DNA from: Parvibaculum sp.
Lineage (GTDB): Bacteria; Pseudomonadota; Alphaproteobacteria; Parvibaculales; Parvibaculaceae
Assembly: GCF_030651915.1 (NCBI RefSeq)
Contig: NZ_JAUSBV010000002.1
Coordinates: forward strand, 136,414-200,413
Length of the DNA: 64,000 nucleotides
Reading direction: 5' to 3'
Part shown: one piece after another, positions 9,125 through 20,340 of the stretch
Layout: the number at the start of each line of letters is the position of its first letter
Numbering within the stretch: the first letter of the stretch is position 1
The notes under the pieces: generated by a model
Databases searched by the model: none
Told to the model about the DNA's origin: nothing
Seen by the model: only the letters and a program-made list of their open reading frames with translations
Position numbers and translations under genes: made by a program

Positions 9125-10681
9125 TCAACCCCGGCGGAAGGCCCGGCGGAGATCGGAGAGCCGCGCGGCGCCGGTGATCTGACAGAGGAAGAAATAGACG
9201 AGGATGCCGCCCATGATCAGCCCAAGGAGGGTTGCCAGCGCGACGGGCAGCGCGGCGGCGAGCGGGGCTTCGAGCGCGTCGCGGCCGAACCAGAGGGCGG
9301 CGCCCATGCCGGCCGCGGCCATGACGATCAGCGGCAGGGCGCGGGCGAGCGCGGCGTCGGCGGCAAACTCGCCGCGCCGCCACAGCCGGAACGAGAGCTG
9401 GCCGACATTGGTCCAGGCCGAAAGCACCGTGCCGACGGCGATGCCGACATAGCCGATGAACTGGAAGAGGACGATGCTCGCCGCGATGTTGACGATGATC
9501 GAGACGGCGGCGAAACGCAGCGGCGTTTGCGTGTCCTCGCGGGCGAAATAGGCCGGCTGGAAAATCTTGATCAGCACGAAGGCCGGCAGGCCGGCCGCAT
9601 AGACGATCAAGGCCAATGCTGTCGCCTGCGTGTCGGCAGCGGTGAAGGCGCCGCGTTCGAAGAGCACGCCGATGATGTCGAAAGCCAGCATTCCAATGCC
9701 GACGGCGGCCGGCACGGTCAGCAGCATGCCGAATTCGATGGCGCGGTTCTGCGCATTGGCGGCGCCCGCGCCGTCGCCGGCGCGCAAGCGGCGCGAGAGA
9801 TCGGGCAGCAGCACGATTCCGATGGCGATGCCGATGACGGCGAGCGGCAATTGATAGATGCGGTCGGCATAATAGAGCCAGGAGACGGCGCCGGCCTGCA
9901 AGGAGGCGATGATGGTGCCGATGGTGAGATTGACCTGGGTGATGCCGCCGGCGATGACGCCCGGTACGCCGAGACGGAAAAGACGACGCACATCGGGCGT
10001 CAGTTTCGGCACACGCAGACGCAAGACGAAGCCGGCGCGCCAGAGCGAGATGGCGAGCCAGGCGAATTGCACCACGCCCGCCGCCGCAACGCCCCAGGAA
10101 AGCGCGACGCCCGGATTGTCGGTCAGCGGGATCAGGAAAAGGATCGCGCCGATCAAGGTGACGTTGAGCATGACCGGGGCGGCGGCGCCCGGAAAGAAGC
10201 GGCCGAGCGAATTCAGGATCGCCGCCTGCAGCGCCGTCAGCGAGATGAAGAGCAGATAGGGAAAGGCGATGCGGGTGAGCTGGACCGCGAGATCGAACTT
10301 TGCCGGGTCCTCGGCAAAGCCCGGCGCGAAAGCCAGCATGATCCAGGGCATGGCGAGTTCGGCGGCGATGGTCAGGATCAGCAGGGCGACCAGCAGCACC
10401 GACATCGCGTCCTCGGCGAAACGGCGCGCGGCCGCCCTGCCCTCGCCTTCGAGGCGCTTTGAAAAAAGCGGCACGAAGGCCGCGTTGAAGGCGCCTTCGG
10501 CGAAGATCGAACGGAACATGTTGGGGAAGCGGAAGGCGACGAAGAAGGCATCCGCGATCGGGCCGGTGCCCAGCGCCGATGCCATCATCACGTCGCGCAG
10601 GAAACCGAGCAGGCGGCTGACCATGGTGGTGGCGCCGATGGTGGCGGCCGAGCGGGCGATATTGGCGGGCTTGGGGTTCAT
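9125..10681 (-). CDS. murJ: lipid II flippase MurJ (MviN)
   Basis: TMVSRLLGFLRD, ADAFFVAFRFPNMFRSIFAEGAF, YYADRIYQLPL; about 14 TM segments. Confidence 0.96.
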   Translation of the reverse strand: MNPKPANIARSAATIGATTMVSRLLGFLRDVMMASALGTGPIADAFFVAFRFPNMFRSIFAEGAFNAAFVPLFSKRLEGEGRAAARRFAEDAMSVLLVALLILTIAAELAMPWIMLAFAPGFAEDPAKFDLAVQLTRIAFPYLLFISLTALQAAILNSLGRFFPGAAAPVMLNVTLIGAILFLIPLTDNPGVALSWGVAAAGVVQFAWLAISLWRAGFVLRLRVPKLTPDVRRLFRLGVPGVIAGGITQVNLTIGTIIASLQAGAVSWLYYADRIYQLPLAVIGIAIGIVLLPDLSRRLRAGDGAGAANAQNRAIEFGMLLTVPAAVGIGMLAFDIIGVLFERGAFTAADTQATALALIVYAAGLPAFVLIKIFQPAYFAREDTQTPLRFAAVSIIVNIAASIVLFQFIGYVGIAVGTVLSAWTNVGQLSFRLWRRGEFAADAALARALPLIVMAAAGMGAALWFGRDALEAPLAAALPVALATLLGLIMGGILVYFFLCQITGAARLSDLRRAFRRG

Positions 10682-10693
10682 GGACGGCGCGAC

Positions 10694-13489
10694 CTATTCC
10701 GCCGCGGCCATTTCGTCGCGTTTGGCGCGCTTGGCGGGGCGGGACTTCCGGACGGGGTCGGCCAGCGCTTCGAGCAGATGACGCTCGACCGCCTTCTTCT
10801 TGTTGGCGTTGGTCACCTTGTGGCCGATCACATCCTTCACATAGAAGACGTCGACCGCGCGCTCGCCATAGGTGGCGATATGGGCCGAGCCGATGGTGAG
10901 GCCGAGATGAAAGAGAGCGCGGGTCAGGGCGTGGACAAGGCCCGGCCGGTCGAGACCGTTGACCTCGATGACGGTGTAGGCATCGGAGGCGTCGTTGTCG
11001 ATGAAGACCTGGGGCGCGACCGAAAAGGCTTCGGTGCGGCGTTCGCGGCGCGCGCGCTGTTCGATCGCATCGGGGGGCAGGATTTCGCCCGACAGCACCT
11101 TGCGGATCGTTTCCTCGAGGCGCTGCAGGCGGCGCGGCTCGGCGATGGCGCCGCCGGCGGCGTCCTGGACCCAGAGCATGTCGAGGGCCATGCCGTCGCG
11201 GGTGGTGAAGATTTTCGCATCGACGATGTTCATGCCGAGCACGGCGCAGGCGCCGGCGAAACGCGCGAAGAGACCCGGATGGTCCTGGGTGTAGAAAGTG
11301 AGCTGGGTGACGTCGCGGTCGGGCTCGGGCTCGGCCGCGACGGTGAGCGGGGCCTCCTTGGCGCCTTCGATCAGACGGGCATGGCGTTCCAGCGTTTCGA
11401 CATCGAGCGAGAGCCAGTAGCCGGCCGTGTGGCGGGTGAAATAGCGCTCGCGGGCCGCTTTCGACCAGTCGGGGAGACGCTGGCCGAGCGCCTCCTTGGC
11501 GTCGGCAACGCGCTGCTGACGGTTCAGCGCGCTGTCGCCGCCCTGCAGCACGGCTTCGGTTTCGAAATAGAGCTGGCGCAGCAATTGCGCCTTCCAGCCG
11601 TTCCAGACGCCGGGCCCGACCGCCTTGATGTCGACGACCGTCAGCACAAAGAGCATTTTCAGCCGTTCGGGGCTCTGCACCAGACCGGCGAAGTCGCGCA
11701 CGGTGCGCGGATCGGCGATGTCGCGGCGCTGGGCGACGTCCGACATCACCAGATGGTTTTTCACCAGCCAGGCGACCGATTCCGTTTCGCCGGCGCTCAT
11801 GCCGAGACGCGGGCAGAGGCGGCGCGCGATCGAGGCGCCGGCATCGGAATGATCCTCGTCGCGACCCTTGGCGATGTCGTGGAGGAAGACCGCCATGTAG
11901 ACGACGTTGCGGCTCTTGATCTTGCCCATCAGCTCATGGGCCTTGGGATATTCCTCGACCGCCACCCCGCGCTCGACTTCCGAGAGGATGCCGATGGCGC
12001 GCAACAGATGTTCGTCGGCCGTGTAGTGGTGATACATGTTGAACTGCATCAGCGCGACGATGCGGCCGAAATCGGGGACGAAGCGGCCGAGCACGCCGGC
12101 CTCGTTCATCCAGCGCAGAGTCGTTTCGGGCGTCTTTCGCGAGGCGAGAATTTCGAGGAAGAGGCGGTTGGCCTCCTCGTTTTTGCGCAAGGTCGCATCG
12201 ACCAGTTTCAGCGAGCGCGTCAACAGCTTCAGGGCGTCGGGATGAATGTCGAGACCGTGCTGGTCGGCGACATGGAAGAGACGGATGATGTTGACCGGGT
12301 CCTTGTCGAAGAAGTTTTCCTTCGTCACCGCCAGGCGGCCGCTGTCGACATTGAAACCGCGAATGATTTTCTTGCGGCGCATGGCCTGCATGAAGCGGCC
12401 GATCGAGGGCTTCTTCTTCTTTTCCTCTTCCTCGAGCACGGCGCAGAAGATGCGCGTCAGGTCGCCGACATCCTTGGCGACCAGGAAATAATGCTTCATG
12501 AAGCGCTCGACCGCCTTCAAGCCGCGATGGCCGTGATAGCCCAGACGTTTGGCCATTTCGGACTGCAGGTCGAAAGTGATGCGCTCCTCGGCGCGGCCGG
12601 TCAGGAAATGCAGCTCGCAGCGCACCGCCCAGAGGAAATTCTCGGCCTTGCGGAAGGTCTGGTATTCCTCTTTGGTGAAGACGCCTTCCTTGACGAGATC
12701 GGAGGGCTGCTTGACGCGGTAGACATATTTGGCGATCCAGAACAGCGTGTTGAGATCGCGCAAGCCGCCCTTGCCTTCCTTGACATTGGGCTCGACCAGA
12801 TAGCGGCTTTCGCCCGACCGCGTGTGGCGCTGGTCGCGCTCGCTGAGCTTGGCCTCGACAAACTCGTTGGCCGTGCCCTTGACCACCTCGGCATCGAAAC
12901 GCTTTTCGAGATCGTCGTAGAGTTCGCGGTCGCCATAGATGAAGCGGGCTTCGAGAAGCGCGGTGCGGATGGTGAAGTCGGCGCGCGCCAGGCGGATGCA
13001 ATCGGCGATCGAGCGCGTCGCATGGCCGACCTTCAGCCCCAGATCCCAGAGCACATAGAGCATGTATTCGACGACGCTCTCGCCCCAGGGGGTCTGCTTG
13101 TAGGGCAGCAGGAAGAGGAGGTCGATGTCGGAGCCCGGCGCCAGCGTGCCGCGGCCATAACCGCCGACGGCGGCAATGGCGATGCGTTCGGCCTTGCTGG
13201 GATTGGCGGCGGCGAAGACATGGGTGGTGGCGAAGCGATAGAGCTCCTCGATCACCTTGTCCTGCATGTAGCAGAGACTTTCGGCGCAAACGCGGCCCCG
13301 ATGCGCGCCCTGCTCCAGACGCTCGCGCGCGCGGGCGCGGCCCGAAGCCAGCACCGCCTTCAGGATGTCGACGACGGCGCGTTTCAGTTCCGTCTCGTCG
13401 CTGCCGAAGCGGGCGGCGGCGGCATCGAGATCGGTACGGATGCGCGCCGGATCGGCGATTTCCAGCAGGCTCGGCATTGTGCGGCCCAT
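10694..13489 (-). CDS. glnD: [protein-PII] uridylyltransferase / uridylyl-removing enzyme
   Basis: AVGGYGRGTLAPGSDIDLLFL nucleotidyltransferase motif, HD domain (LHDIAKG) and two C-terminal ACT domains (DHPGLF, DRPGLV). RBS GAGGAG before 13489. Confidence 0.96.
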   Translation of the reverse strand: MGRTMPSLLEIADPARIRTDLDAAAARFGSDETELKRAVVDILKAVLASGRARARERLEQGAHRGRVCAESLCYMQDKVIEELYRFATTHVFAAANPSKAERIAIAAVGGYGRGTLAPGSDIDLLFLLPYKQTPWGESVVEYMLYVLWDLGLKVGHATRSIADCIRLARADFTIRTALLEARFIYGDRELYDDLEKRFDAEVVKGTANEFVEAKLSERDQRHTRSGESRYLVEPNVKEGKGGLRDLNTLFWIAKYVYRVKQPSDLVKEGVFTKEEYQTFRKAENFLWAVRCELHFLTGRAEERITFDLQSEMAKRLGYHGHRGLKAVERFMKHYFLVAKDVGDLTRIFCAVLEEEEKKKKPSIGRFMQAMRRKKIIRGFNVDSGRLAVTKENFFDKDPVNIIRLFHVADQHGLDIHPDALKLLTRSLKLVDATLRKNEEANRLFLEILASRKTPETTLRWMNEAGVLGRFVPDFGRIVALMQFNMYHHYTADEHLLRAIGILSEVERGVAVEEYPKAHELMGKIKSRNVVYMAVFLHDIAKGRDEDHSDAGASIARRLCPRLGMSAGETESVAWLVKNHLVMSDVAQRRDIADPRTVRDFAGLVQSPERLKMLFVLTVVDIKAVGPGVWNGWKAQLLRQLYFETEAVLQGGDSALNRQQRVADAKEALGQRLPDWSKAARERYFTRHTAGYWLSLDVETLERHARLIEGAKEAPLTVAAEPEPDRDVTQLTFYTQDHPGLFARFAGACAVLGMNIVDAKIFTTRDGMALDMLWVQDAAGGAIAEPRRLQRLEETIRKVLSGEILPPDAIEQRARRERRTEAFSVAPQVFIDNDASDAYTVIEVNGLDRPGLVHALTRALFHLGLTIGSAHIATYGERAVDVFYVKDVIGHKVTNANKKKAVERHLLEALADPVRKSRPAKRAKRDEMAAAE

Positions 13490-13640
13490 GGGGGCGGCTC
13501 CTCGTTCGGCGGCGCGGCCATTTGGGGCGCGGGTGCGCGCCAGCTTTATCACATCAGCCGCGGCACTTCAGGGCATTTTCGCGGCGCGGCGCGGCGCGCC
13601 CCTGCGCCGGATCCTGTTTGCCGGGCTTTCGGACGGTGAT

Positions 13641-16394
13641 TTATTCGCCGTCGCCGGCGAGACCCTTCAGCCGGTAGATCAACTCCAATGCCTGTTTCGG
13701 CGACAGGGCATCGGGATCGACCGCCTTCAGGGCTTCCTCGACGGCGCTTGTCTTCACCATGGCACCGGGTCTGGCGGTCGCCGAAAAGAGCGGCAGGTCG
13801 TCGATCAGCCTGGCCGTGCGGGCGCCCTCGCCGCTTTTCTCGAGCGCGGCCAGCACCGCTTGCGCGCGGGCGATGACGGGGGCGGGGAGGCCGGCGAGTT
13901 TTGCCACCTGGATGCCGTAGGAGCGGTCCGCCGCGCCGGGGCCGACTTCGTGCAGGAAGACGACATCGCCCTGCCATTCGCGCACGCGCATGGTGGCATT
14001 GGCCAGATGCGGCAGCTTTTCGGTCAGCGCCGTCAGTTCATGGTAGTGCGTCGCGAAGAGGGCGCGCGAGCGGTTGACCTCGTGCAGATGTTCGACCGCG
14101 GCCCAAGCGATCGACAAGCCGTCATAGGTCGCGGTGCCGCGGCCGATCTCATCGAGGATCACCAGCGCGCGCGGGCCCGCCTGATTGAGGATCGCCGCCG
14201 TCTCGACCATTTCGACCATGAAGGTCGAGCGGCCGCGGGCCAGATCGTCGGCGGCGCCGACGCGGCTGAACAAGCGGTCGACGACACCGATATGCGCATC
14301 ATCGGCGGGCACGAAACTTCCCATCTGCGCCAGAATGGCGATCAGCGCGTTCTGGCGCAGGAAGGTCGACTTGCCGGCCATGTTGGGGCCGGTAAGCAAC
14401 CAAATGTGTTTGTTGTCCTTCTCTCCCGCCGAGAGATCGCAATCGTTCGGGACGAATTGTTCGCCGCTGCGCGCCAGTGCGGCTTCGACGACCGGATGAC
14501 GGCCGGCGGTGATGGCAAAGGCGAGGCTCGCATCGACGCGAGGGCGCGTGTAGCGGCGTTCGACGGCGAGTTCGGCCAATGCCGCGGCGACATCGAGCGC
14601 GGCGAGCGCGGCGGCGGCGCGCGAAAGCGCCGGTGCTTCGGCCATCACGGCGGCAGCAAGCTCGTCGAAAAGACGCAACTCGATTTCGAGTGCGCGGCCC
14701 GCTGCTTCGGCGATGCGGGTGGCAAGGCCCGCCAGCTCCGGCGTCGTGAAGCGCATCGCGTTGGCCATCGTCTGGCGGTGGATGTAAGTCTCCGACAGCG
14801 GCGGCGCGAGAAGTTTTTCGCCGTGGCGCGGCGACACTTCGATGTAATAGCCGAGGACATTGTTGTGGCGGATCTTCAAGGCGGCGATGCCGGTTTCGCC
14901 GGCATATTTCGCCTGCAGACCGGCAATCAACCGCCGCGCATCGTCGCGGAGCGCCCGCGTTTCATCGAGCGCCGCGTCGTGACCCCTGGCAATGAAACCA
15001 CCATCGCGGGCCATCAGCGGCAGTTCTTCGGCGAGCGCCGCTTCGAGGCGCGCCCGCAGATTTGCGGCGGTGCCGCGCAGGGCATCGGCCGCCGCCGCGA
15101 TGTCGGCGGGCGGCGGCAGCAGTGCCGGCGGGGCGGCGTCGAGGGCGGATGCGAGCGCATGGGCGGCGGCAAGACCGCCGGCGATCACCGCCAGATCGCG
15201 CGGGCCGCCGCGCGCCAGCGACAGGCGCGACAGGGCACGCGCCATGTCGGGCGCCGATTTCAGACCGGCGCGCGCATCGCGGCGGAGGTCGCGGCTGTCG
15301 ACAAACCATTCGACCGCATCGAGACGGGCGGCGATGGCGGCGGGATCGGTCAAGGGGGCGGCGAGGCGCGCCGCCAGTTCGCGCGCGCCCGCACCGGTGA
15401 CCGTGCGGTCGATCACCGAAAGCAGCGCGCCCGCATTTTCGCCCTGCAGGGTTTTCACCAGTTCGAGATTGGCGCGGGTTGCCGCGTCGATCGACATCGC
15501 ATCGGCGATGGCGACGCGTCGCGGCGGCATCAATGCCGGCATGCGGCCGACCTGGGTCAGTTCGACGTAACCGAGCAACGCGCCCATGGCGCCGAGTTCG
15601 GCGCGAGCGAAGGCGCCGAAAGCATCGAGCGCGGCGACGCCGAGATGGGCCTTCAGGCGGCGCTCGGCCGCGGCGCTGTCGAAGCGGGCGGGCGGCAGCA
15701 GTGTCAGGGCGGCGCCCGACTGTGCGACGGCCGGCTCGCGCTCCATGCCCTCGGCGACCAGCAATTCGCCCGGCGAAAGCCGCGCCAGCTCGGCGGCAAG
15801 CGCGGCCGGCTCGAGCGCCATCGCCTCGAAGCGGCCGGTCGAGACATCGACCCAGGCAAGGCCCAGCGCCGTTTCGGCGCCGGTGCGGGCAAGCGCCGCC
15901 AGATAATTATGTGTGCGGGCGTCGAGCAGCGTGTCCTCGGTGAGGGTGCCGGGCGTCACCAGCCTGGTGACGGCGCGGGCGACCACCGATTTGGCGCCGC
16001 GCTTCTTCGCCTCGGCCGGGTCCTCGACCTGCTCGCAGACCGCGACCTTGAAGCCCTTGCGGATCAGCCGTTCGAGATAGGCCTCGTGGCTGTGAACCGG
16101 CACGCCGCACATCGGAATGTCCTCGCCCCGATGACGCCCACGCTTGGTCAGGGCGATATCGAGGGCGGCGGCGGCGGCGACCGCATCGTCGAAGAAGAGC
16201 TCGTAGAAATCGCCCATCCGGTAGAAGAGCAGCGCGCCCGGATGGGCGGCCTTGATCTCCAGATATTGCGCCATCATCGGTGTCGCCTCCGGCGAGGGGG
16301 GCGTCGCCTCCGGCGAGGGGGGCGTGGCGTCGGGCGGGACCGCAGCGGAAGGCGGGTTTTCCGGCATGACGGGATGGGCGGCGGGCTCTGACAT
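13641..16394 (-). CDS. mutS: DNA mismatch repair protein MutS
   Basis: [22 protein letters not shown], Walker [31 protein letters not shown]. The start could also be 16367. Confidence 0.97.
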   Translation of the reverse strand: MSEPAAHPVMPENPPSAAVPPDATPPSPEATPPSPEATPMMAQYLEIKAAHPGALLFYRMGDFYELFFDDAVAAAAALDIALTKRGRHRGEDIPMCGVPVHSHEAYLERLIRKGFKVAVCEQVEDPAEAKKRGAKSVVARAVTRLVTPGTLTEDTLLDARTHNYLAALARTGAETALGLAWVDVSTGRFEAMALEPAALAAELARLSPGELLVAEGMEREPAVAQSGAALTLLPPARFDSAAAERRLKAHLGVAALDAFGAFARAELGAMGALLGYVELTQVGRMPALMPPRRVAIADAMSIDAATRANLELVKTLQGENAGALLSVIDRTVTGAGARELAARLAAPLTDPAAIAARLDAVEWFVDSRDLRRDARAGLKSAPDMARALSRLSLARGGPRDLAVIAGGLAAAHALASALDAAPPALLPPPADIAAAADALRGTAANLRARLEAALAEELPLMARDGGFIARGHDAALDETRALRDDARRLIAGLQAKYAGETGIAALKIRHNNVLGYYIEVSPRHGEKLLAPPLSETYIHRQTMANAMRFTTPELAGLATRIAEAAGRALEIELRLFDELAAAVMAEAPALSRAAAALAALDVAAALAELAVERRYTRPRVDASLAFAITAGRHPVVEAALARSGEQFVPNDCDLSAGEKDNKHIWLLTGPNMAGKSTFLRQNALIAILAQMGSFVPADDAHIGVVDRLFSRVGAADDLARGRSTFMVEMVETAAILNQAGPRALVILDEIGRGTATYDGLSIAWAAVEHLHEVNRSRALFATHYHELTALTEKLPHLANATMRVREWQGDVVFLHEVGPGAADRSYGIQVAKLAGLPAPVIARAQAVLAALEKSGEGARTARLIDDLPLFSATARPGAMVKTSAVEEALKAVDPDALSPKQALELIYRLKGLAGDGE
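16282..16323. repeat. 21-bp exact tandem duplication in the mutS 5' end
   Basis: GTCGCCTCCGGCGAGGGGGGC x2, encoding TPPSPEA x2 on the minus strand, with a degenerate third unit after it. Confidence 0.9.
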
Positions 16395-16595
16395 GGAGGG
16401 GCAGACTAGCAGAACCGCCGCTGCCGGAAAGAGGGGCCCGACGCCCTGAAAATCGGGCAGAATCAACGGCGGCGGCTTGTTATTGACGGATCGCCAGCCT
16501 ACAAAGCGGCTTCCGGGGCAGGCCCCGGAGGGGCGGGCTTCCGGCGATGTTCCGGGATGGCGCGCCTCCAGCCGAAAATCCGGATGTTCGATCGC

Positions 16596-18860
16596 ATGAG
16601 CAAAAAGCGGCGCCAGCTAACCGACGAGGACGCGCTCCTCTTCCATTCCCAGGGCAAGCCCGGGAAGCTCGAAATCAACGCCACCAAGCCGATGGCGACG
16701 CAGCGCGACCTGTCGCTGGCTTACAGCCCCGGCGTCGCCGCGCCGGTGCGCGCCATCGCCGAAAATCCGGACGCGGCCTATGACTATACCTCGAAGGGCA
16801 ATTTCGTCGCCGTGATCTCGAACGGCACGGCGATCCTCGGCCTCGGCGATCTCGGCGCGCTGGCCTCCAAGCCGGTGATGGAGGGCAAGGCCGTTCTCTT
16901 CAAACGCTTTGCCGATGTCGATTCGATCGATCTCGAAGTCGACACCAAGGATGTCGATGCGTTCGTGAACGCCGTGCGCTATCTCGGCCCCTCTTTCGGC
17001 GGCATCAACCTCGAAGACATTTGCGCGCCCGACTGCTTCATCATCGAAAGCCGCTTGCGCGAGATGATGGACATTCCGGTGTTCCATGACGACCAGCACG
17101 GCACCGCGATCATCACCGCGGCCGCGCTCATCAACGCGCTCTATCTGACCGGGCGCGACATCAAGGACATCAAACTCGTCGTCAACGGCGCGGGCTCGGC
17201 CGGCATCGCCTGCCTCGAACTGATCAAGGCGATGGGGCTGCCGCACGACAATGCCATTCTCTGCGATACCAAGGGCGTCATCTACAAGGGCCGCGTCGAG
17301 GGCATGAACCAGTGGAAGTCGGCGCATGCGGCGGTGACGGATGCGCGGTCGCTCGAGGAAGCCATGCTCGGCTGCGACGTGTTTCTGGGCCTGTCGGCGA
17401 AGGGTGCGATCAACCAGAAGATGGTCGCCTCGATGGCCGCAAAGCCGATCATCTTCGCGATGGCCAATCCCGATCCCGAGATCACGCCGGAAGAAGTGTT
17501 GCAGGTGCGCGACGATGCGATCATCGCCACCGGCCGGTCGGACTATCCGAATCAGGTCAACAACGTTCTCGGTTTTCCCTACATCTTCCGCGGCGCGCTC
17601 GATGTGCGCGCCAGCGCGATCAACGAGGACATGAAGATTGCCTGCGCGCAGGCGCTGGCCAAGCTCGCGCGCGAGGACGTGCCCGACGAAGTGGCGGCCG
17701 CCTATCAGGGCGAGCGTCCGCGCTTCGGCCCGCAATACATCATCCCGGTGCCGTTCGATCCGCGGCTGATCCGCGAAATTCCGCCGGCGGTGGCCAAGGC
17801 CGCCATGGATTCGGGCGTCGCGCGGCTGCCGATCGTCGATATGGAAGCCTACCGGAACACGCTTTCGGCGCGGCTCAGCCCGACGGCCGGCACGCTGCAG
17901 GTCATCATGGACAAGGTCAGGCGCGATCCGAAGCGCGTCGTCTTTGCCGAGGGCGAGGAAGAGCGCGTGATCCGCGCCGCGCTCGCCTTCCGCGATGGCG
18001 GGCTCGGCCAGCCGATCCTGGTCGGCCGCGAGGAACAGATCCGCGCCACCCTCGGCCAGATGGGGCTCGACCCGAAGACCGATCTCGATATCCGCAATGC
18101 GCGCACCTCCGAGAAGGTCGACGAATATGCCGACTTTCTCTACAGCAAGCTGCAGCGGCAAGGCTTTCTCTATCGCGACTGCCACCGGCTGACCAGCAAC
18201 GACCGCAACATCTTTTCGGCGCTGATGCTGGAACGCGGCGATGCCGACGCCATGGTGACCGGCGTCACGCGCACCTATTCGGTGGCGCTCGAAGATGTCA
18301 GGCGCGTCATCGACGCGGTGGACGGGCGCAAGCCGATCGGCGTGACACTGGTGGTGGCGGGCGGGCGCACGGTGCTGGTCGCCGACACCAATGTCTATGA
18401 AATGCCCACCGCGCAGGAACTGGCCGATATCGCGACGCAGGCCGCCGAAGTGGCGCGGCGTCTCGGCTACGAGCCGCGCGTGGCACTGCTTGCCAATTCG
18501 AGCTTCGGCACGCATACGCATGAGCGGCCGGCGACCGTGCGCGACGCGGTGCGCATTCTCGACGCGCGGAACGTCGATTTCGAATATGACGGCGAGATGG
18601 CCGCCGATGTGGCGCTCAACCGCGAGACGATGGCGCTTTATCCGTTCTGCCGCCTGAGCGACACGGCCAATGTGCTGATCATGCCGGCGATCCATGCCGC
18701 CTCGATCTCGACCAAGCTGCTCAAGGTGCTGGGCGGCTCGACGCTGATCGGACCGCTGCTGGTCGGGCTCGAAAGGCCGGTGCAGATCGTGCCGATGACG
18801 GCGAACGTCTCCGATCTCGTCAACATGGCAGCGCTGGCGGCCTACAATCTCGACCGCTAG
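16596..18860 (+). CDS. maeB: NADP-dependent malic enzyme with C-terminal phosphotransacetylase-like domain
   Basis: [52 protein letters not shown], then [10 protein letters not shown]. Start uncertain (16557-16596). Confidence 0.95.
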   Translation: MSKKRRQLTDEDALLFHSQGKPGKLEINATKPMATQRDLSLAYSPGVAAPVRAIAENPDAAYDYTSKGNFVAVISNGTAILGLGDLGALASKPVMEGKAVLFKRFADVDSIDLEVDTKDVDAFVNAVRYLGPSFGGINLEDICAPDCFIIESRLREMMDIPVFHDDQHGTAIITAAALINALYLTGRDIKDIKLVVNGAGSAGIACLELIKAMGLPHDNAILCDTKGVIYKGRVEGMNQWKSAHAAVTDARSLEEAMLGCDVFLGLSAKGAINQKMVASMAAKPIIFAMANPDPEITPEEVLQVRDDAIIATGRSDYPNQVNNVLGFPYIFRGALDVRASAINEDMKIACAQALAKLAREDVPDEVAAAYQGERPRFGPQYIIPVPFDPRLIREIPPAVAKAAMDSGVARLPIVDMEAYRNTLSARLSPTAGTLQVIMDKVRRDPKRVVFAEGEEERVIRAALAFRDGGLGQPILVGREEQIRATLGQMGLDPKTDLDIRNARTSEKVDEYADFLYSKLQRQGFLYRDCHRLTSNDRNIFSALMLERGDADAMVTGVTRTYSVALEDVRRVIDAVDGRKPIGVTLVVAGGRTVLVADTNVYEMPTAQELADIATQAAEVARRLGYEPRVALLANSSFGTHTHERPATVRDAVRILDARNVDFEYDGEMAADVALNRETMALYPFCRLSDTANVLIMPAIHAASISTKLLKVLGGSTLIGPLLVGLERPVQIVPMTANVSDLVNMAALAAYNLDR

Positions 18861-18962
18861 AGTCTTTCAGTGTTTCCACGAAACACTGAAAGACTCCAAG
18901 TTGTTGTTTGGTCGCGCTTCTTTTCGGAAAACCGGGTTCCACTTTTCCGAGAAGCGCTCTAG
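18857..18962. repeat. ~105-bp alphaproteobacterial intergenic palindromic repeat (RS-alpha/Bru-RS/RIME-like), copy 1
   Basis: CTAG...CTAG bounded. Perfect 17-bp IR GAGTCTTTCAGTGTTTC-cac-GAAACACTGAAAGACTC followed by GCGCTTCTTTTCGGAAAACCGGGTTCCACTTTTCCGAGAAGCGC. It overlaps the maeB TAG stop. Confidence 0.8.
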
Positions 18963-18968
18963 GTCGCG

Positions 18969-19871
18969 TCAGGCTCCGCCGCGCGGGGTGCCGTATTTGG
19001 CGCCGAACTTTGTCAGATAGCGGTCGGAAATCTGGGCGACGGGAAAGAGGATCAGCACGTCCGTCGTGCCGAACTGCTTGTCGACCACGGCGCCCTCGCC
19101 GATATAGCAGCCGGCCCGCAGATAGCCCTTGATCATCGGCGGCAATGCGCGCAGCGCCTCGCGCGGGTCGACATCTTCCCTGGCGATGCGGTTCATTTCC
19201 TCATAGCATTCGGGCAGCGCGCGCACACGCCAGTCATCCGGCGCGGCGTGGAAATGATGCAGATAGGAAAGCGGCACGGCGAGCGCCGCCGGGTCGGTGC
19301 CCTCGAAGCTCGCACAACCAAACATCACATCGAGATTGTGGGCGGTCACATAGTGCATGATGCCGTGCCAGAGCAGTTCGACGGTCGGCCTGGTGCGGTA
19401 GGGCTTCAGCACGCAGGAGCGGCCGAGCTCGAGGAAATTGAGATCGGCATGGCGCGCCAGCAGCGGCGCGATGTCGTATTCGCTGGCGGTGTAGAAGCCG
19501 CCATGGCGCTCGGCAACTTCCTGGCGCAACAGACGGTAGCAGCCGACGACCTTCTTCAGGCTCTGGGGGTCTTCGGGTTCGTCCGTCTCGCCGGGGGCCA
19601 GCGCGTGATCGAGCACCAGCAGGTGATCGCAAATCTCGTCGAAGCGGTCGAAGTCGCGACCGCGGGCGCGCGTTTCAGCATCGGGGGTCGCCGACATTTC
19701 CTCGTAGAAGACGCGATAGCGAATGGCCTGGGCGGCGTCGATCTCGCGCGGCGAACGGGCGAGGCGCACTTCAAGATCACCCCGGCGGCCATAACTCACC
19801 GCCGCCTCGAACGGGCGGGCGGCGACCGAAGCAAGCGGCGGGCCGCTTTCGTCCGTCTTTATCGTTGGCAT
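18969..19871 (-). CDS. olsB: GNAT-family N-acyltransferase, ornithine-lipid OlsB-like
   Basis: LEVRLARS..EIDAAQAIRYRVFYEEM, DFDRFDEICDHLLVLD, LELGRSCVL, LPPMIKGYLRAG. Convergent with maeB. Confidence 0.75.
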   Translation of the reverse strand: MPTIKTDESGPPLASVAARPFEAAVSYGRRGDLEVRLARSPREIDAAQAIRYRVFYEEMSATPDAETRARGRDFDRFDEICDHLLVLDHALAPGETDEPEDPQSLKKVVGCYRLLRQEVAERHGGFYTASEYDIAPLLARHADLNFLELGRSCVLKPYRTRPTVELLWHGIMHYVTAHNLDVMFGCASFEGTDPAALAVPLSYLHHFHAAPDDWRVRALPECYEEMNRIAREDVDPREALRALPPMIKGYLRAGCYIGEGAVVDKQFGTTDVLILFPVAQISDRYLTKFGAKYGTPRGGA

Positions 19872-20074
19872 CAGTCCGGACCCCAAACCCAAATCATTTA
19901 CATCGCCGCGATGCCGCGCATCTGGCGCGGCCACGCCGCCGGTTCAAGCCCCACCCCAGCCGGGCTTCCCGCCGTCACAACATTATCCTTTCACTATAGA
20001 TCGCGGCTCACAAGGCAAGCCGCAACTGCCGACCGTCCCTTGTCGCCGATTTTTGTGGCACTGGAATGTCAGGG

Positions 20075-20236
20075 CTAGGCCGTTGTTTTTGTTTCGATTT
20101 TCTTTCGATGCGCCATCACCAGCAGGATCAACGCAATGGCGGGCACGCCCATCAGCGCGGTCGAAATGAAGAACGGCACGTAGCCGACCGTGGCCGGTGT
20201 CAGGCCCGGCGCTACGCCGACCAGCGCTTCGGCGAT
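20075..20236 (-). pseudogene. 3' remnant of an AmpG-like MFS gene
   Basis: High-GC3 codons encode IAEALVGVAPGLTPATVGYVPFFISTALMGVPAIALILLVMAHRKK*, which parallels the last TM helix of the upstream AmpG (GWVPFFVVSTLLAVPGLVLLWW). It has no credible own start. Confidence 0.6.
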
Positions 20237-20340
20237 GGCGGGGCTATTAGGAGCGGAGACGTCGGGCGGCCTGGCCCGGGCCCCGATTCGGCTCCTGCGA
20301 CGTTCTGGTTCTGTCCGGGCCGGAGCGGACATGCATCACG

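Noticed and set aside
956-16391. Long + strand ORFs (956-2056, 2075-3148, 4175-5509, 10778-13639, 13365-16391) and similar antisense ORFs elsewhere
   Set aside because: They are antisense shadows of well-supported minus-strand genes, expected at this GC content and codon bias. They show no recognisable motifs.
18869-18887. parS-like palindrome GTGTTTC-CAC-GAAACAC
   Set aside because: The centre is 3 nt rather than the ACGT of TGTTTCACGTGAAACA, and it is part of the longer repeat-element hairpin.
19972-19995. Possible Pho box upstream of the olsB-like gene (CCGTCAC-AACA-TTATCCT)
   Set aside because: The second half-site matches only 4/7 and lies on the non-coding strand. It is attractive because ornithine lipids are phosphate-starvation lipids, but the sequence does not support it.
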